Shown: in pieces, positions 33,728-43,823 of the stretch
How the letters are laid out: each line of letters starts with the position of its first letter
Numbering within the stretch: position 1 is the stretch's first letter
Origin: an uncultured Hyphomicrobiales bacterium
GTDB taxonomy: Bacteria; Pseudomonadota; Alphaproteobacteria; Rhizobiales; Xanthobacteraceae
Assembly: GCA_903839845.1 (NCBI GenBank)
Contig: CAIMEA010000079.1
Coordinates: forward strand, 4,189-68,188
DNA length: 64,000 bases
Direction of reading: 5' to 3'
Notes under the pieces: model-generated
Databases searched by the model: none
The model's input: the letters and a program-made list of their open reading frames with translations, nothing else
Told to the model about the DNA's origin: nothing
Position numbers and translations under genes: made by a program

Positions 33728-35785
33728 CTATGCCGCCGTCAACCGCCGGGGCGCTGGCGAATATCCAGACGCGTGTTGGCGCTCCTGCCGATCGGGCACC
33801 CGGTCGCTTCCGGTCCGCGGCGTCGCGTCGTCGATGCGGAAAAATCCGACCTGATCGTCCATATTTTGGGCCTGCAGTTCGAGAGCTTTCGCCGTCGCCG
33901 CGTTTTCCTCGACCAAAGCCGAATTCTGCTGCGTCACGCCGTCCATAATCGTCAGCGCCTTGTTGACTTCATCGACACCGGCCGACTGCTCCAGGCTGGC
34001 CGCGGCGATATCGGCGACGATTGCCGTCACGGCGTTGATGGACTTGGTGATCTCGGCCAATGCTGTGCCCGCCTGGTTGACGAGTTGCACACCGTCCTGC
34101 ACCTGACCGCTCGATTTGGTAATCAGGTTGGTGATGTCCTTGGCCGCCTGAGACGAACGCTGGGCGAGGCTGCGCACTTCGGACGCCACAACGGCAAAGC
34201 CGCGGCCCGCTTCACCGGCGCGCGCGGCTTCCACCGCCGCGTTGAGCGCCAGCAGATTGGTCTGCCGCGCGATCTCATCGATGACGATGATGATCTCCGA
34301 AATATTCTTCGAGGAGGCCTCGATCCGGGCCATCGCCTCGATCGCCCTGGCGACGACCGCGCTGCTCTGGTCGGCAATCTGGCGCGTCTGACCGGCCGAC
34401 ACAGCCGCCTGCTGTGCGTTCTCGGCGTTCTTTTTCACGATCGACGAAATCTCTTCCATCGACGCCGAGGTTTCTTCCAGGCTCGCCGCCTGCTCCTCGG
34501 TGCGCTGCGACAGATCCGTCGTCGCCGTGGCGATCTCCGCCGAAGCATTGGTCACTTCGCGCGCCGACGATTTGATTTCCAGCAGCGCATCGCGAACCTT
34601 GCCGGCCATCGCATTCACGGCGTTGGCGATCTGGCCGACTTCATCGCCGCGATCGAGGCCCGGCACCGTGGCGGCGAAATTGCCGTTGGCAAAATCGCCC
34701 AGCGGACCGGTCAAGGCCTGCAACGGGCGCACGATCGTCAGCACCGAGAAGGCGATCGAGCCGACGAACAAAAGGCCACAGGCGCTCAACAAAGCGATGC
34801 TGAGGATGACGCTGTTCCAACCGGTCTGCTTGAGGTTCGCCGTATGCAGTTCACTGGCCTTGCTGGCGCCATCCATCACATCCAGGATTGTCGCCAAGAG
34901 CGGCGTTGTCGTGTCGACCCATTGCGACAGCTCCATCGGATATTGTCCGCCGTCCGTTGGGGCTTTGCGCATCTGGTCGGCCAGCGGCTGGAATTTGGCG
35001 AAGTACCCGGCTCTCGCCGATTCGACGCCTTTGCTGACACCTTCCTGCTCATTGTTCGTCAGATTGCCTTCGAGCAGACGCCACATGAGAGCGACCTGGG
35101 CGCGGATCGCGTCGATCTTTGTCAAATTGGCGGGCGAGATCGCTGCCTTGGCCGAAAGAGCCTGGGCAACCGTCGCGCGTTCCTGACCGGCCGTGTCGCG
35201 CATGTTCCATGCGAGAATGCGAATGTTGGAGAGCCGCGACAGTTCCGGGTCCATCGAGCTGGTGCTGCTGAGAACCTGGTTCCAAACTCTCTGCGCCGTC
35301 ACGACGAAGGCGGATAGAACCGAATAGGAGTTCTTGACGACATCGGCGTCGCGATCGGCCTTGCCAAGCTTGATGGCTTCGTCTGATTTGCTGCGATAAA
35401 GATTAGCCTTGTCCCGCGCCGCATTGAACTCGGCGATCAGCGCAGCCTTGTTGGGAAATTCCTGCGTCAGCAAAGACGCAATGGCTGCATCGATTTTCGA
35501 CTTTGCCGGAGAGCGATAGGTGGCGATGTTCTTGAGGTCGTCCGCGTTGGCGGGCTTGTCGGCCTGCAACGCGCTGTTGACGTATTGGCGCTCAATCAGG
35601 ATTTCATACACGCCCATGATCAGAGCGTTGGCGGCGGCGTTCTGGCTGTCGGCAACTTCCGCCGTGCGATAGACATTCCACGAGCGATGCAGTTCCGCGG
35701 ACAAGGCCCAGATCGCAATCGGAATAATGAGCGCGATTGTGAGCGCGATCTTTGCCGCAATACTGTTCAATCGTAGCTGAAACAT
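33728..35785 (-). CDS. Methyl-accepting chemotaxis protein 4 (NIT-like sensor)
   Basis: Same architecture; sensor has AGQERA, reminiscent of NIT domains; start MFQLRL. Confidence 0.95.
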   Translation of the reverse strand: MFQLRLNSIAAKIALTIALIIPIAIWALSAELHRSWNVYRTAEVADSQNAAANALIMGVYEILIERQYVNSALQADKPANADDLKNIATYRSPAKSKIDAAIASLLTQEFPNKAALIAEFNAARDKANLYRSKSDEAIKLGKADRDADVVKNSYSVLSAFVVTAQRVWNQVLSSTSSMDPELSRLSNIRILAWNMRDTAGQERATVAQALSAKAAISPANLTKIDAIRAQVALMWRLLEGNLTNNEQEGVSKGVESARAGYFAKFQPLADQMRKAPTDGGQYPMELSQWVDTTTPLLATILDVMDGASKASELHTANLKQTGWNSVILSIALLSACGLLFVGSIAFSVLTIVRPLQALTGPLGDFANGNFAATVPGLDRGDEVGQIANAVNAMAGKVRDALLEIKSSAREVTNASAEIATATTDLSQRTEEQAASLEETSASMEEISSIVKKNAENAQQAAVSAGQTRQIADQSSAVVARAIEAMARIEASSKNISEIIIVIDEIARQTNLLALNAAVEAARAGEAGRGFAVVASEVRSLAQRSSQAAKDITNLITKSSGQVQDGVQLVNQAGTALAEITKSINAVTAIVADIAAASLEQSAGVDEVNKALTIMDGVTQQNSALVEENAATAKALELQAQNMDDQVGFFRIDDATPRTGSDRVPDRQERQHASGYSPAPRRLTAA

Positions 35786-35944
35786 CGTCAATATCTCCAA
35801 CGGCCTGCGTCTCGGACGGCCTATCCGTATCGATCAAATTGGTCTCTGGAGATTAAGGACGCATAAATTGCGCCGCATGTTTTCTACAATCGAAATTATA
35901 ATTCTAGATTTAGAACCGGCTGTCGCGCGGGCGCGGTGGTATCG

Positions 35945-36877
35945 CTATGCCATGAACTGTCGCATGACAGAATCGACGGCGGTATCCGGGGCCGCCGCCG
36001 GCCAATCCTTCATCTGGCCGCGAAACCAGGTGAGCTGACGCTTGGCGTAGCGCCGTGTGTCCATGATGCTGCCTTCGGCGGCTTCGGCGAGCGACAACTC
36101 GCCCTTGAGATGGCGGATCAGCCAGGGCACGCCGTGCGCCTTCATCGCCGGCAGCAGCGGATTGAGCTTGCGCGCGGCGAGCGCCCTCACCTCGTCCAGC
36201 GCGCCATGCTCGAGCATCGCGGCAAAGCGCCGCTCGATGCGCGTCACCAGTTCCTTGCGTTCGCAGGTAACGAAAACTTTCGCCACGTTGTTCGGGTCGA
36301 GCAAAGACGGCAGGCTTTCTGTGTGCCAGTCGCTCAGCGAACGGCCGGTCGCCAGCATCACTTCGAGCGCGCGCGCGATACGGGCGCGGTCGAGCGGCCG
36401 CAGACGCACCGCCGTCGCCGGATCGCGCTCGATCAATTCGGCATAGAGCGCGGTGACGCCATCGCGCGCGAGGCGGTCGCGGACGCCGGCGCGGATATCG
36501 GCCGGGATCTGCGGCACCGACGCCAGGCCCTCGGTCAGTACCTTGAAATACAGGCCGGTGCCGCCGACGATGATCGGCACACGGCCTTCACCGGCAAGCG
36601 CGGCCAGCACCTCCGCCATATCGCTGAGCCAGCGGCCGGTTGAATAGATCTCGCCGGCATCGATGTGGCCGTATAGCCGATGCGGCGCGCTTGCTTCCTC
36701 CTCCGGCGATGGTCGCGCCGTGATGATGCGCAATCCACCGTAGACCTGCATCGAATCGGCGTTGACGATGGCGCCGCCGAGCCGCTCGGCCAACGCCAAA
36801 GCCAAGGCCGACTTGCCACTGGCGGTCGGTCCGGCGATAAGCACCGCCTGTCTGGCAACTGGCTTCCTATGACCCAT
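35945..36877 (-). CDS. miaA: tRNA dimethylallyltransferase
   Basis: [38 protein letters not shown]; the ORF-track extension to 37714 is the antisense shadow of serB. Confidence 0.95.
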   Translation of the reverse strand: MGHRKPVARQAVLIAGPTASGKSALALALAERLGGAIVNADSMQVYGGLRIITARPSPEEEASAPHRLYGHIDAGEIYSTGRWLSDMAEVLAALAGEGRVPIIVGGTGLYFKVLTEGLASVPQIPADIRAGVRDRLARDGVTALYAELIERDPATAVRLRPLDRARIARALEVMLATGRSLSDWHTESLPSLLDPNNVAKVFVTCERKELVTRIERRFAAMLEHGALDEVRALAARKLNPLLPAMKAHGVPWLIRHLKGELSLAEAAEGSIMDTRRYAKRQLTWFRGQMKDWPAAAPDTAVDSVMRQFMA

Positions 36878-37747
36878 ATCGCAACCCTGATCGGCCCTGA
36901 CGCACTCAATTCGATGCAACGCGCCCGCGCGAGCTTCCCGCGCGCCGGCGAGCCGACGGCGCTCGGCCCGGACGCCGCGGACATTTCCTTTACCCCGGAT
37001 GCGGCCATCGACCAACGTGCCGCCACCGAGGCGCTGCGGCTGACGTTCGGCGCGCCTTACGACCTCGTCGTTCAGACGGCCGCCAACCGGCGCAAGAAGC
37101 TGTTCCTCGCCGACATGGACTCGACCATGATCGGCCAGGAATGCATCGACGAACTGGCCGATTTCGTCGGGCTGAAAGACCATGTGGCGGCGATCACCGA
37201 GCGCGCCATGCGCGGCGAGATCGACTTCGAGCCGGCCTTGCGCGAGCGCGTCGCGCTGCTCAAGGGGCTCCCGGTCGAGGTCGTCAATCAGGTGATCGAG
37301 AAACACATCACGCTGACCCCGGGCGGCCGCGCATTGGTGGCGACAATGCGCAAGAACGGCGCCTTCACCTGTCTCGTCTCCGGCGGCTTCACGCTGTTCA
37401 CCACGCGCATCGCCGCGATGATCGGCTTTGACGAAGCCCGCGCCAATGTGCTGATGGTCGATGGCGGCAAGCTCGCCGGCCTTGTGCAGGAGCCGATCTT
37501 CGGGCGAGAAACCAAGCGCGAGACCTTGATCGAATTGCGCGACAAGTTCGGTCTGAGCGCGCAGGACACATTGGTGACCGGCGACGGCGCCAATGACCTC
37601 GCCATGATCGTGGAAGCGGGCTTGGGCGTCGCCTACCACGCCAAGCCGAAGGTTGCCGCCGCCGCGCCCGCCCGCATTGAGCACAACGATCTCAGCGCGC
37701 TGTTGTACGTGCAAGGCTACAAGCGGGAAGAGTTTGTCGAGAGCTGA
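36869..37747 (+). CDS. serB: Phosphoserine phosphatase
   Basis: [34 protein letters not shown] motifs; start MTHIATLIG. Confidence 0.95.
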   Translation: MTHIATLIGPDALNSMQRARASFPRAGEPTALGPDAADISFTPDAAIDQRAATEALRLTFGAPYDLVVQTAANRRKKLFLADMDSTMIGQECIDELADFVGLKDHVAAITERAMRGEIDFEPALRERVALLKGLPVEVVNQVIEKHITLTPGGRALVATMRKNGAFTCLVSGGFTLFTTRIAAMIGFDEARANVLMVDGGKLAGLVQEPIFGRETKRETLIELRDKFGLSAQDTLVTGDGANDLAMIVEAGLGVAYHAKPKVAAAAPARIEHNDLSALLYVQGYKREEFVES

Positions 37748-37776
37748 TCCCTCCCCGCAAGGGGAGGGATTAGAAG

Positions 37777-39279
37777 CTATTGCAGCGTGATCGCGACAAA
37801 GCTCGGATCGCCGTCCGGCGACACCACCAAAAGCACGACGGCCTTCTTGCCGTCCTTCTTGAGCTGGTCGACGCGCTTTTGCAGATCGACGGCGTTCGCC
37901 ACCGGCTGCTGCTGCACTTCGGCAATGACCATGCCGGGCTGCAGCCGCTTTTCCGAGGCCGGCGAGCCGGCATCGACGCCGGTGATCAGCACGCCCTTGA
38001 CCTGATCCTTGATCTTGTACTTCTTGCGCAACTCGACGGTCAGGTTGGTGAGGTCGAGACCGAGCGCCTTCTTCACCGCCGATTTGTCTTCCGGCGTATC
38101 CTTCTTCGGCGTCAGCGCCGCCTGCTTCTCGCCATCGTCGAGACGGCCGAGCTTCACGGTTTTGGTTTCTTCCTTGCCCTTGCGGATGATCACCACTTCG
38201 ACATCCTTGCCGACCGGCGTATCGGCGACGACCTTGGGCAGATCGCGCATTTCCTTGATGTCCTTGCCGTCGAATTTGACGACGACGTCGCCCGGTTCGA
38301 TGCCGGCGGGCTTGGCCGGGCCCTTGTCGTCGATGCCGGCGATCAGCGCGCCGCGTGTCGGCTTGATGTTGAGACTGTCGGCGATCTCGTCGGTCACCTG
38401 CTGGATGCGCACGCCGAGCCAGCCGCGCCGCACTTCCTTGAAGTCGCGCAACTGGTCGATCACCGCGACCGCGGTCTTAGACGGCACCGCGAAGCCGATA
38501 CCGATCGAGCCGCCCGACGGCGAGATGATCGCCGTGTTGACGCCGATCACTTCGCCGTTGAGATTGAACAGCGGACCGCCCGAATTGCCGCGATTGATGG
38601 CGGCGTCGGTCTGGATGTAATTGTCGTAGGGTCCGGAATTGATATCGCGGTTGCGCGCCGAAACGATGCCGGCCGTCACCGTCCCGCCGAGGCTGAACGG
38701 ATTGCCGATGGCGACAACCCATTCGCCCAGCCGCAATTTGTCGCTGTCGCCGAACTTGACCGCCTTGAGCGGCTTGTCGGACTTCACCTTGAGCAGCGCC
38801 AGATCGCTCTTCTTGTCGGTGCCGATCAGTTCGGCCTTCAGCGTGGTGCCGTCATTGAGAATGACGCTGACCTCGTCGGCGTCGGCGATGACGTGATTGT
38901 TGGTCACCACCAGGCCGGACGCATCGATGATGAAACCCGAGCCGAGCGAATTGACGCGGCGCGGCGTCGGCGAATTGCCGTTCGGCGCGCCCGGCGTACC
39001 GCCCGGCCCGCGCCGGTTCTTGAAGAACTCCTCGAAGAATTCCTCGAACGGCGAACCCGGCGGCAGTTGCGGCATGGCGCCGGCATTCAGATCGACGGTC
39101 TGCTTGGTCGAAATATTGACGACCGCGTCGATCACCTGCTCGGCGACGTCGGAAATCCCGTCCGGCCCGCGCGCCTGCGCCGGTCCGGTGAGCGTTGGCC
39201 AGGCGATGGCCGCAGCGGTGAGAATTGTCAGTCCGGTACGACCGGCGCGAAAAAACTTGGCGGAAAAAAGTGCGCCCAT
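37777..39279 (-). CDS. HtrA/DegQ (Do family) periplasmic serine endoprotease
   Basis: [22 protein letters not shown], two PDZ domains; RBS GGAG before ATG 39279. Confidence 0.95.
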   Translation of the reverse strand: MGALFSAKFFRAGRTGLTILTAAAIAWPTLTGPAQARGPDGISDVAEQVIDAVVNISTKQTVDLNAGAMPQLPPGSPFEEFFEEFFKNRRGPGGTPGAPNGNSPTPRRVNSLGSGFIIDASGLVVTNNHVIADADEVSVILNDGTTLKAELIGTDKKSDLALLKVKSDKPLKAVKFGDSDKLRLGEWVVAIGNPFSLGGTVTAGIVSARNRDINSGPYDNYIQTDAAINRGNSGGPLFNLNGEVIGVNTAIISPSGGSIGIGFAVPSKTAVAVIDQLRDFKEVRRGWLGVRIQQVTDEIADSLNIKPTRGALIAGIDDKGPAKPAGIEPGDVVVKFDGKDIKEMRDLPKVVADTPVGKDVEVVIIRKGKEETKTVKLGRLDDGEKQAALTPKKDTPEDKSAVKKALGLDLTNLTVELRKKYKIKDQVKGVLITGVDAGSPASEKRLQPGMVIAEVQQQPVANAVDLQKRVDQLKKDGKKAVVLLVVSPDGDPSFVAITLQ

Positions 39280-39481
39280 TGGCGTCGGTTCTCCTGGGAA
39301 AAACTGTTCAAAGCCGAGAGTGCCGCCGACTTCACGGCGATTCAAGGGCGTTTCAGGCCATGCCCATCAATACAATGGGAACGGTCGCGCCGCACATTGC
39401 CGCACCATGTGAGGCCGATTCGGCGACAAAAGCGACGTGCTTGCCGCCAAAACGGCCGGAAAACCGCTCATAAGCTTGATC

Positions 39482-39667
39482 CTAACTCCGTACCATCCAC
39501 ACCAGGATCAGCCCGATCAGCGCCGAACCGATGCCGACGGCGCGCAACGTCGCCTCCGGAGTCTCCACCACGCTTAACATCGCCTTCTTGGCGTGGGTCG
39601 GAAACGCGGCAAAGACCAGACCTTCGATGACAAAGACCAGTCCAAGCGCGGCCAGGAAATCGATCAT
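39482..39667 (-). CDS. DUF2065 family small membrane protein
   Basis: LGLVFVIEGL...LRAVG; canonical position after hflC. Confidence 0.85.
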   Translation of the reverse strand: MIDFLAALGLVFVIEGLVFAAFPTHAKKAMLSVVETPEATLRAVGIGSALIGLILVWMVRS

Positions 39668-39685
39668 GCCGGCCGCGCCGCCTTG

Positions 39686-40591
39686 TTACTTGGCCGCCGG
39701 CGCGTTCGCCGGTGCGGACGGCTTGCCGGACGGATCGTTGAAGTAGCGGAAGAAGTTGGTATCCGGCTTGAGCAGCAGGCGCGTGTCGCCGGCTTTCAAG
39801 CTCGCCTCATAGGCCTGCATCGAGCGGTAGAAGGCGAAGAAGTCCGGGTCCTGATTGAACGCATCGGCGAAAATCTGGTTTCGCGTCGCGTCGCCCTCGC
39901 CGCGGATCTGCTCCGACTTCGAGGTCGCTTCGGCGACCAGCACGGTCACTTCACGGTCGGCGCGCGAGCGGATTTCCTGCGCACGCTGGGCGCCCTGCGC
40001 GCGGAATTCAGCCGCCTCGCGCTGACGCTCGGTTTGCATGCGCTGATAGACCGCCTGGCTGTTCTGCTCCGGCAGATCGGCGCGGCGGATACGCACGTCG
40101 ACGACCGAGATGCCGTAACCGGCGGCTTCCTTGTCGACCAGTCCGAGAATGCGTTCCATCAGTTCGGCGCGCTGGTCGCGCACCACATGGGTGAAGGTCG
40201 CTTCACCGAGCACCCGGCGCAGCGCCGAGTTGAGCAGGATGGTGAGCTGCGAATTGGCGCCCTGGATCGAGCCGAGCGTCTGATAGAAGCGCAGCGCGTC
40301 CTTGATCTTGTAACGGGCGAAGGCATCGACCACCAACCGCTTCTGGTCGGAGGCGATCACTTCCTGCGCCGGCGCTTCCAAATCGAGAATGCGCTTGTCG
40401 ATGGCGATCACCTGATCGATGAACGGCACCTTGACGTTGAGGCCCGGCTCATTGACCACGCGCACCGGCTGGCCGAGGCGAACCACCAGCACCTGCTGGG
40501 TCTGGTAGACCGCGAACAGAGACGAATAGCCGACGATCAGCGCGGCCAGGACGAGGATGGCGGCAACGCCGCCGATGAAATTAAGCCTCAT
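39686..40591 (-). CDS. hflC: Protease modulator HflC
   Basis: SPFH domain; VRIRRADLP, RMQTERQREA, FFAFYRSMQAY. Confidence 0.95.
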   Translation of the reverse strand: MRLNFIGGVAAILVLAALIVGYSSLFAVYQTQQVLVVRLGQPVRVVNEPGLNVKVPFIDQVIAIDKRILDLEAPAQEVIASDQKRLVVDAFARYKIKDALRFYQTLGSIQGANSQLTILLNSALRRVLGEATFTHVVRDQRAELMERILGLVDKEAAGYGISVVDVRIRRADLPEQNSQAVYQRMQTERQREAAEFRAQGAQRAQEIRSRADREVTVLVAEATSKSEQIRGEGDATRNQIFADAFNQDPDFFAFYRSMQAYEASLKAGDTRLLLKPDTNFFRYFNDPSGKPSAPANAPAAK

Positions 40592-41733
40592 GGCTTGGCT
40601 CCCGTCTGGGTCCGCGGCTGGGCCGGGCGATTGAGTTCACCGAGCGGAAGATAAGGCACCACGCCGCCGCCGCCTTCGCGGCCGCTATCCATGATGATCT
40701 TGTCGGCGCCACCGAGCACGCGCTCCATGGTCTCGAGATACATGCGCTCGCGGGTGACTTCAGGCGCCTTCTTGTACTGGTCGTAGATCTTGAGAAAGCG
40801 CGAGGTCTGACCGGTGGCTTCCGCGACCGTCTGCGACTTGTAGGCTTCGGCGCCTTGCGTGATCTGCGCCACGCGGCCGCGCGCTTCCGGCACGACCTTG
40901 TTGGCGTAAGTCTGCGACTCGTTGACCGCGCGCTCGAGATCGGCGCGCGCGGCTTGCACGTCGCGGAACGCATCGATCACCTGCGTTGGCGGATCGACCT
41001 TCTGCAACTGCACCTGCTGCACGAGGATGCCGGCGCTGTAATGATCGAGCGTCTTCTGCATCAGCTCCTGCACGGCGTTTTCAATCGTCTGGCGCGCGCC
41101 GGTCAGGATCGGCTGAATGTCGGAACGGCCGACCACTTCACGCATCGCGCTTTCGGCCACCGCTTTCACGGTGCCTTCGGGATTCTGGATGTTGAAGAGA
41201 TACTGGCCGACGCCGGTCGGCTTGATCTTCCACAGCACGGAGAAGTCGACGTCGACGATGTTTTCGTCGCCGGTGAGCATCAGGCTCTCTTCCGGCACAT
41301 CGCGCACGGTTGCGCCACGGCGGGAGTCCTCGACCACGCGCATGCCGATATCGATCTTGTTGACGCGCAACGCCTTCGGCGTCAGCACCGTCTCGATCGG
41401 ATAAGGCAGATGGTAATTCAGGCCCGGCTGCACTTCGCGCACATCCTTGCCGAAGCGCAGGACGACGCCGAGTTCGTCCGGCTCGACCTTGAAGAAGCCG
41501 GAGAAACCCCACAGCGCCAAGGCGGCGAGCGCGACCAGCGCGAAGCCCTTGCTGCCGAGATTGCCGCCCGGCAGCACGCCGCGCAGCTTGTCCTGGCCGC
41601 GGCGGAGGATTTCCTCCAGGTCCGGCGGTTTCGGACCGGACGACTGCGGTCCCGAGCCCCAGGGACCCTTGCCCCCGCCGCCCCACGGTCCGCCGCCGCC
41701 ACCGCTACCGCCGCCTTGATTGCTCCATGGCAT
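40588..41733 (-). CDS. hflK: Protease modulator HflK
   Basis: MPWSNQGGG..., MLTGDENIVDV, AFRDVQAARAD, RERMYLETME. Confidence 0.95.
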   Translation of the reverse strand: MPWSNQGGGSGGGGGPWGGGGKGPWGSGPQSSGPKPPDLEEILRRGQDKLRGVLPGGNLGSKGFALVALAALALWGFSGFFKVEPDELGVVLRFGKDVREVQPGLNYHLPYPIETVLTPKALRVNKIDIGMRVVEDSRRGATVRDVPEESLMLTGDENIVDVDFSVLWKIKPTGVGQYLFNIQNPEGTVKAVAESAMREVVGRSDIQPILTGARQTIENAVQELMQKTLDHYSAGILVQQVQLQKVDPPTQVIDAFRDVQAARADLERAVNESQTYANKVVPEARGRVAQITQGAEAYKSQTVAEATGQTSRFLKIYDQYKKAPEVTRERMYLETMERVLGGADKIIMDSGREGGGGVVPYLPLGELNRPAQPRTQTGAKP

Positions 41734-41870
41734 CGAAAATTTCTCCCGCAGCGTGGCCAAACGCGGCCGCTGGCTCTTAGTTGGGAGGGGTTATAGGGGA
41801 CGCAAGGGGACCTTACAACGCGCTGTGATGCGGCATTAAGGCCGCTATCCCGTGCCGCGGGCGATTGTCT

Positions 41871-42004
41871 GTCGTCCCGCGCAGGCGGGGACCCATAACC
41901 CACGGCCTTTCGATAGAAGTCAGACAATAAGAAGGAAGCCAACTTGCACTTTGCCTCAAGTTTTCGTCACAGCGTATGGGTCCCCGCTTTCGCGGGGACG
42001 ACAG
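41871..42004. repeat. REP-like paired palindromes (GTCGTCCC(C)GCG..GCGGGGACCCATA family)
   Basis: Left GTCGTCCCGCGCAGGCGGGGACCCATA (41871-41896) and right TATGGGTCCCCGCTTTCGCGGGGACGAC (41975-42002) are inverted copies around an ~80-nt spacer. Confidence 0.8.
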
Positions 42005-42082
42005 TGTCATCCAGGCGCGATTCATCGCCCGTATTTTTGAGCGGCCCCGGGCAGGCCGTCGTCCAAATTCGCCTTCCTTCCT

Positions 42083-42558
42083 CGCCCTCATAAAACGAGG
42101 GCGCGCGGAACGCCGGGGTCACGACAACCCCGCAGCCCTGTGCACGATGTGAGTTAAAGTACACAGGTTAGTCACCACGCAGTTGCCGGATCTCCCGGCG
42201 CTCCGCGCGCGGTGTTTATAGGTTTGCTCCGCAAAGCCCCCGGTGGCGGTACACTTTCAGACGCCCTTCCTTACGAAAGGCGCGCCTAGCCACCGCTGTG
42301 GAGCTTCCCGTATCGCGGCTCAAGGATTTGTCTTCGGCTCCGCCGGGCCCAGGTATCGAGCCCTTTGAAAGCCAAAGGCTTTGCCTTTTGGCCACGACAC
42401 GTCCGCCCCAGTGACCACCTGCATGGCAGCCGGGACCTTGCGGCTTGGACCGCTGGTGAAGTCGTTGCGCCGCATCTCCGACGCCCTCACCAGCCACCGC
42501 TCCCCGCCCCAGCATCTGACGACGCTGATCAAACGCCCCTCGTTAGTTGGGACGGGAT
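42083..42558 (-). ncRNA. Candidate large structured non-coding RNA / transcribed intergenic element (~480 nt), family not identified
   Basis: Promoter at 42566-42594; at least eight stems, including a 17-bp helix 42101-42117/42194-42210; G-U wobbles and GNRA loops occur only on the minus strand; no credible ORF. Confidence 0.65.
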
Positions 42559-42565
42559 AACCGTG

Positions 42566-42594
42566 TATATAGTCCTAATAGGATTATATGTCAA
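42566..42594 (-). promoter_or_regulatory. Sigma70-type promoter TTGACA-N17-TATATA pointing into the candidate ncRNA
   Basis: Minus strand TTGACA tataatcctattaggac TATATA; palindrome TCCTA-N-TAGGA in the spacer; predicted +1 near 42558. Confidence 0.75.
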
Positions 42595-42641
42595 TAGAAA
42601 AAACAGGCGGAGACGACATGAAAATGGGGCGCCGCCGGCTC

Positions 42642-42729
42642 GTAGGGTGGGCTAAGCGAAGCGAGCCCACCATTTTAGCAACAACCTGACGCGGTGGGCT
42701 CGGCGCAAGCGCGCCTTAGCCCACCCTAC
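42642..42729. repeat. REP-like palindromic element (GTAG family), copy 2
   Basis: Same termini as 10359-10439 with a different internal spacer. Confidence 0.85.
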
Positions 42730-42881
42730 GAGCTTCCCTTTGCCGGGGAGGCATAAGCGCACCTCACGCCTTCGGCGCGACGACAACCGGCGACAACCTC
42801 CTGCTCAAACCGGGCCAACCATGCGATAGTTCGCACTCCACAATCGGGACACATCAGAATCCCGATCCAAGGGGCAAGGGA

Positions 42882-43652
42882 ATGGCGACGATGACACCTT
42901 TCGATTTGAGCAACCGCGTCGCTTTCGTCACCGGCGGCAATGGCGGCATCGGCCTTGGCATGGCCAAGGGGCTGGCCGCCGCCGGCGCCACGGTGGTGAT
43001 CGCCGGGCGCAACAAGGCCAAGGCGGAAGCCGCGCTGTCGGAGTTGAAGGCGACCGGCGCGGCGGAGTTCGTCGAACTGGACGTATTGCAGGAGACGTCC
43101 TGTCATCAGGCCATCGACCGGACCGCGCAAAAATTCGGCCGTCTCGACATCCTCGTCAACAATGCCGGCACCAGCGTGCGCAAGCCGCCGGAACAGCTGA
43201 CCGCCGCCGACTGGCACCTGGTTTTGAACACCAATCTGACCAGCGCCTTTTTCTGCTCGCAGGCCGCCTACCCGCACATGAAGCGCGGCGGCGGCGGCAA
43301 GATCATCAATATCGGTTCGATGATGTCGACCTTCGGCGCGTCCTATGCCTCGCCTTATGCGTCGAGCAAAGGCGCCATCGTGCAAATGGCAAAGTCGCTC
43401 GCCGTCGCCTGGGCCAAGGACAACATCCAGGTCAACAGCATCCTGCCCGGCTGGATCAACACCGACCTCACCAAAAAAGCGCGCGAACAGGTCGAAGGCC
43501 TGCACGACAAAGTGCTGGCGCGCACGCCGGCGCAGCGCTGGGGCGAGCCGGGCGATTTCGCCGGCGTCGCGGTGTTTCTCGCCGCGCCGGCCTCCGACTT
43601 CATCACCGGCGCGACCATCGCCGTCGATGGCGGCTATTCGGTTCAGGCATAG
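42882..43652 (+). CDS. SDR oxidoreductase (KduD/gluconate 5-dehydrogenase-like)
   Basis: TGGNGGIG, LVNNAG, YASSKG, NSILPGWI. Confidence 0.9.
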   Translation: MATMTPFDLSNRVAFVTGGNGGIGLGMAKGLAAAGATVVIAGRNKAKAEAALSELKATGAAEFVELDVLQETSCHQAIDRTAQKFGRLDILVNNAGTSVRKPPEQLTAADWHLVLNTNLTSAFFCSQAAYPHMKRGGGGKIINIGSMMSTFGASYASPYASSKGAIVQMAKSLAVAWAKDNIQVNSILPGWINTDLTKKAREQVEGLHDKVLARTPAQRWGEPGDFAGVAVFLAAPASDFITGATIAVDGGYSVQA

Positions 43653-43675
43653 GAGAAACAGCTTTCGCCAGATTC

Positions 43676-43793
43676 GTCATGCCCGGCCTTGTGCCGGGCA
43701 TCCACGTCTTGCTTAGTTAAGAAGAAAGACGTGGATGGCCGGGACATAAGGGCGTTTACGCCCGTCTTCCGACGGGCTATGCCCGGCCATGAC
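43676..43793. repeat. REP-like palindromic element (GTCATGCCCGGCCTTGTGCCGGGCATCCACGTC family)
   Basis: GTCATGCCCGG...CCGGCCATGAC termini, inner CCACGTC/GACGTGG arms and an extra CCCGTC/GACGGG hairpin. Confidence 0.85.
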
Positions 43794-43823
43794 GGGGTGT
43801 GAGAGTCGTTCCTTTGGAAACTC

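Noticed and set aside
27236-35785. Complete chemotaxis system or mobile island
   Set aside because: No cheA/W/Y/R/B genes, mobility genes or terminal direct repeats; only receptors.
35945-37714. 589-aa MiaA with a long N-terminal extension
   Set aside because: The extension is exactly antisense to serB; MiaA similarity starts at the GPTASGKS region.
42216-42515. 99-aa ORF inside the structured element (also 41813-42091, 42320-42532, 42365-42655)
   Set aside because: No RBS, no motifs, atypical composition; the stems and G-U pattern explain the sequence better as RNA structure.
42083-42558. Group II intron, RNase P, 6S or SRP identity for the structured element
   Set aside because: No GUGCG 5' end or domain V, no RNase P GAGGAAAGUCC, wrong size and shape for 6S/SRP, and it does not interrupt a gene.
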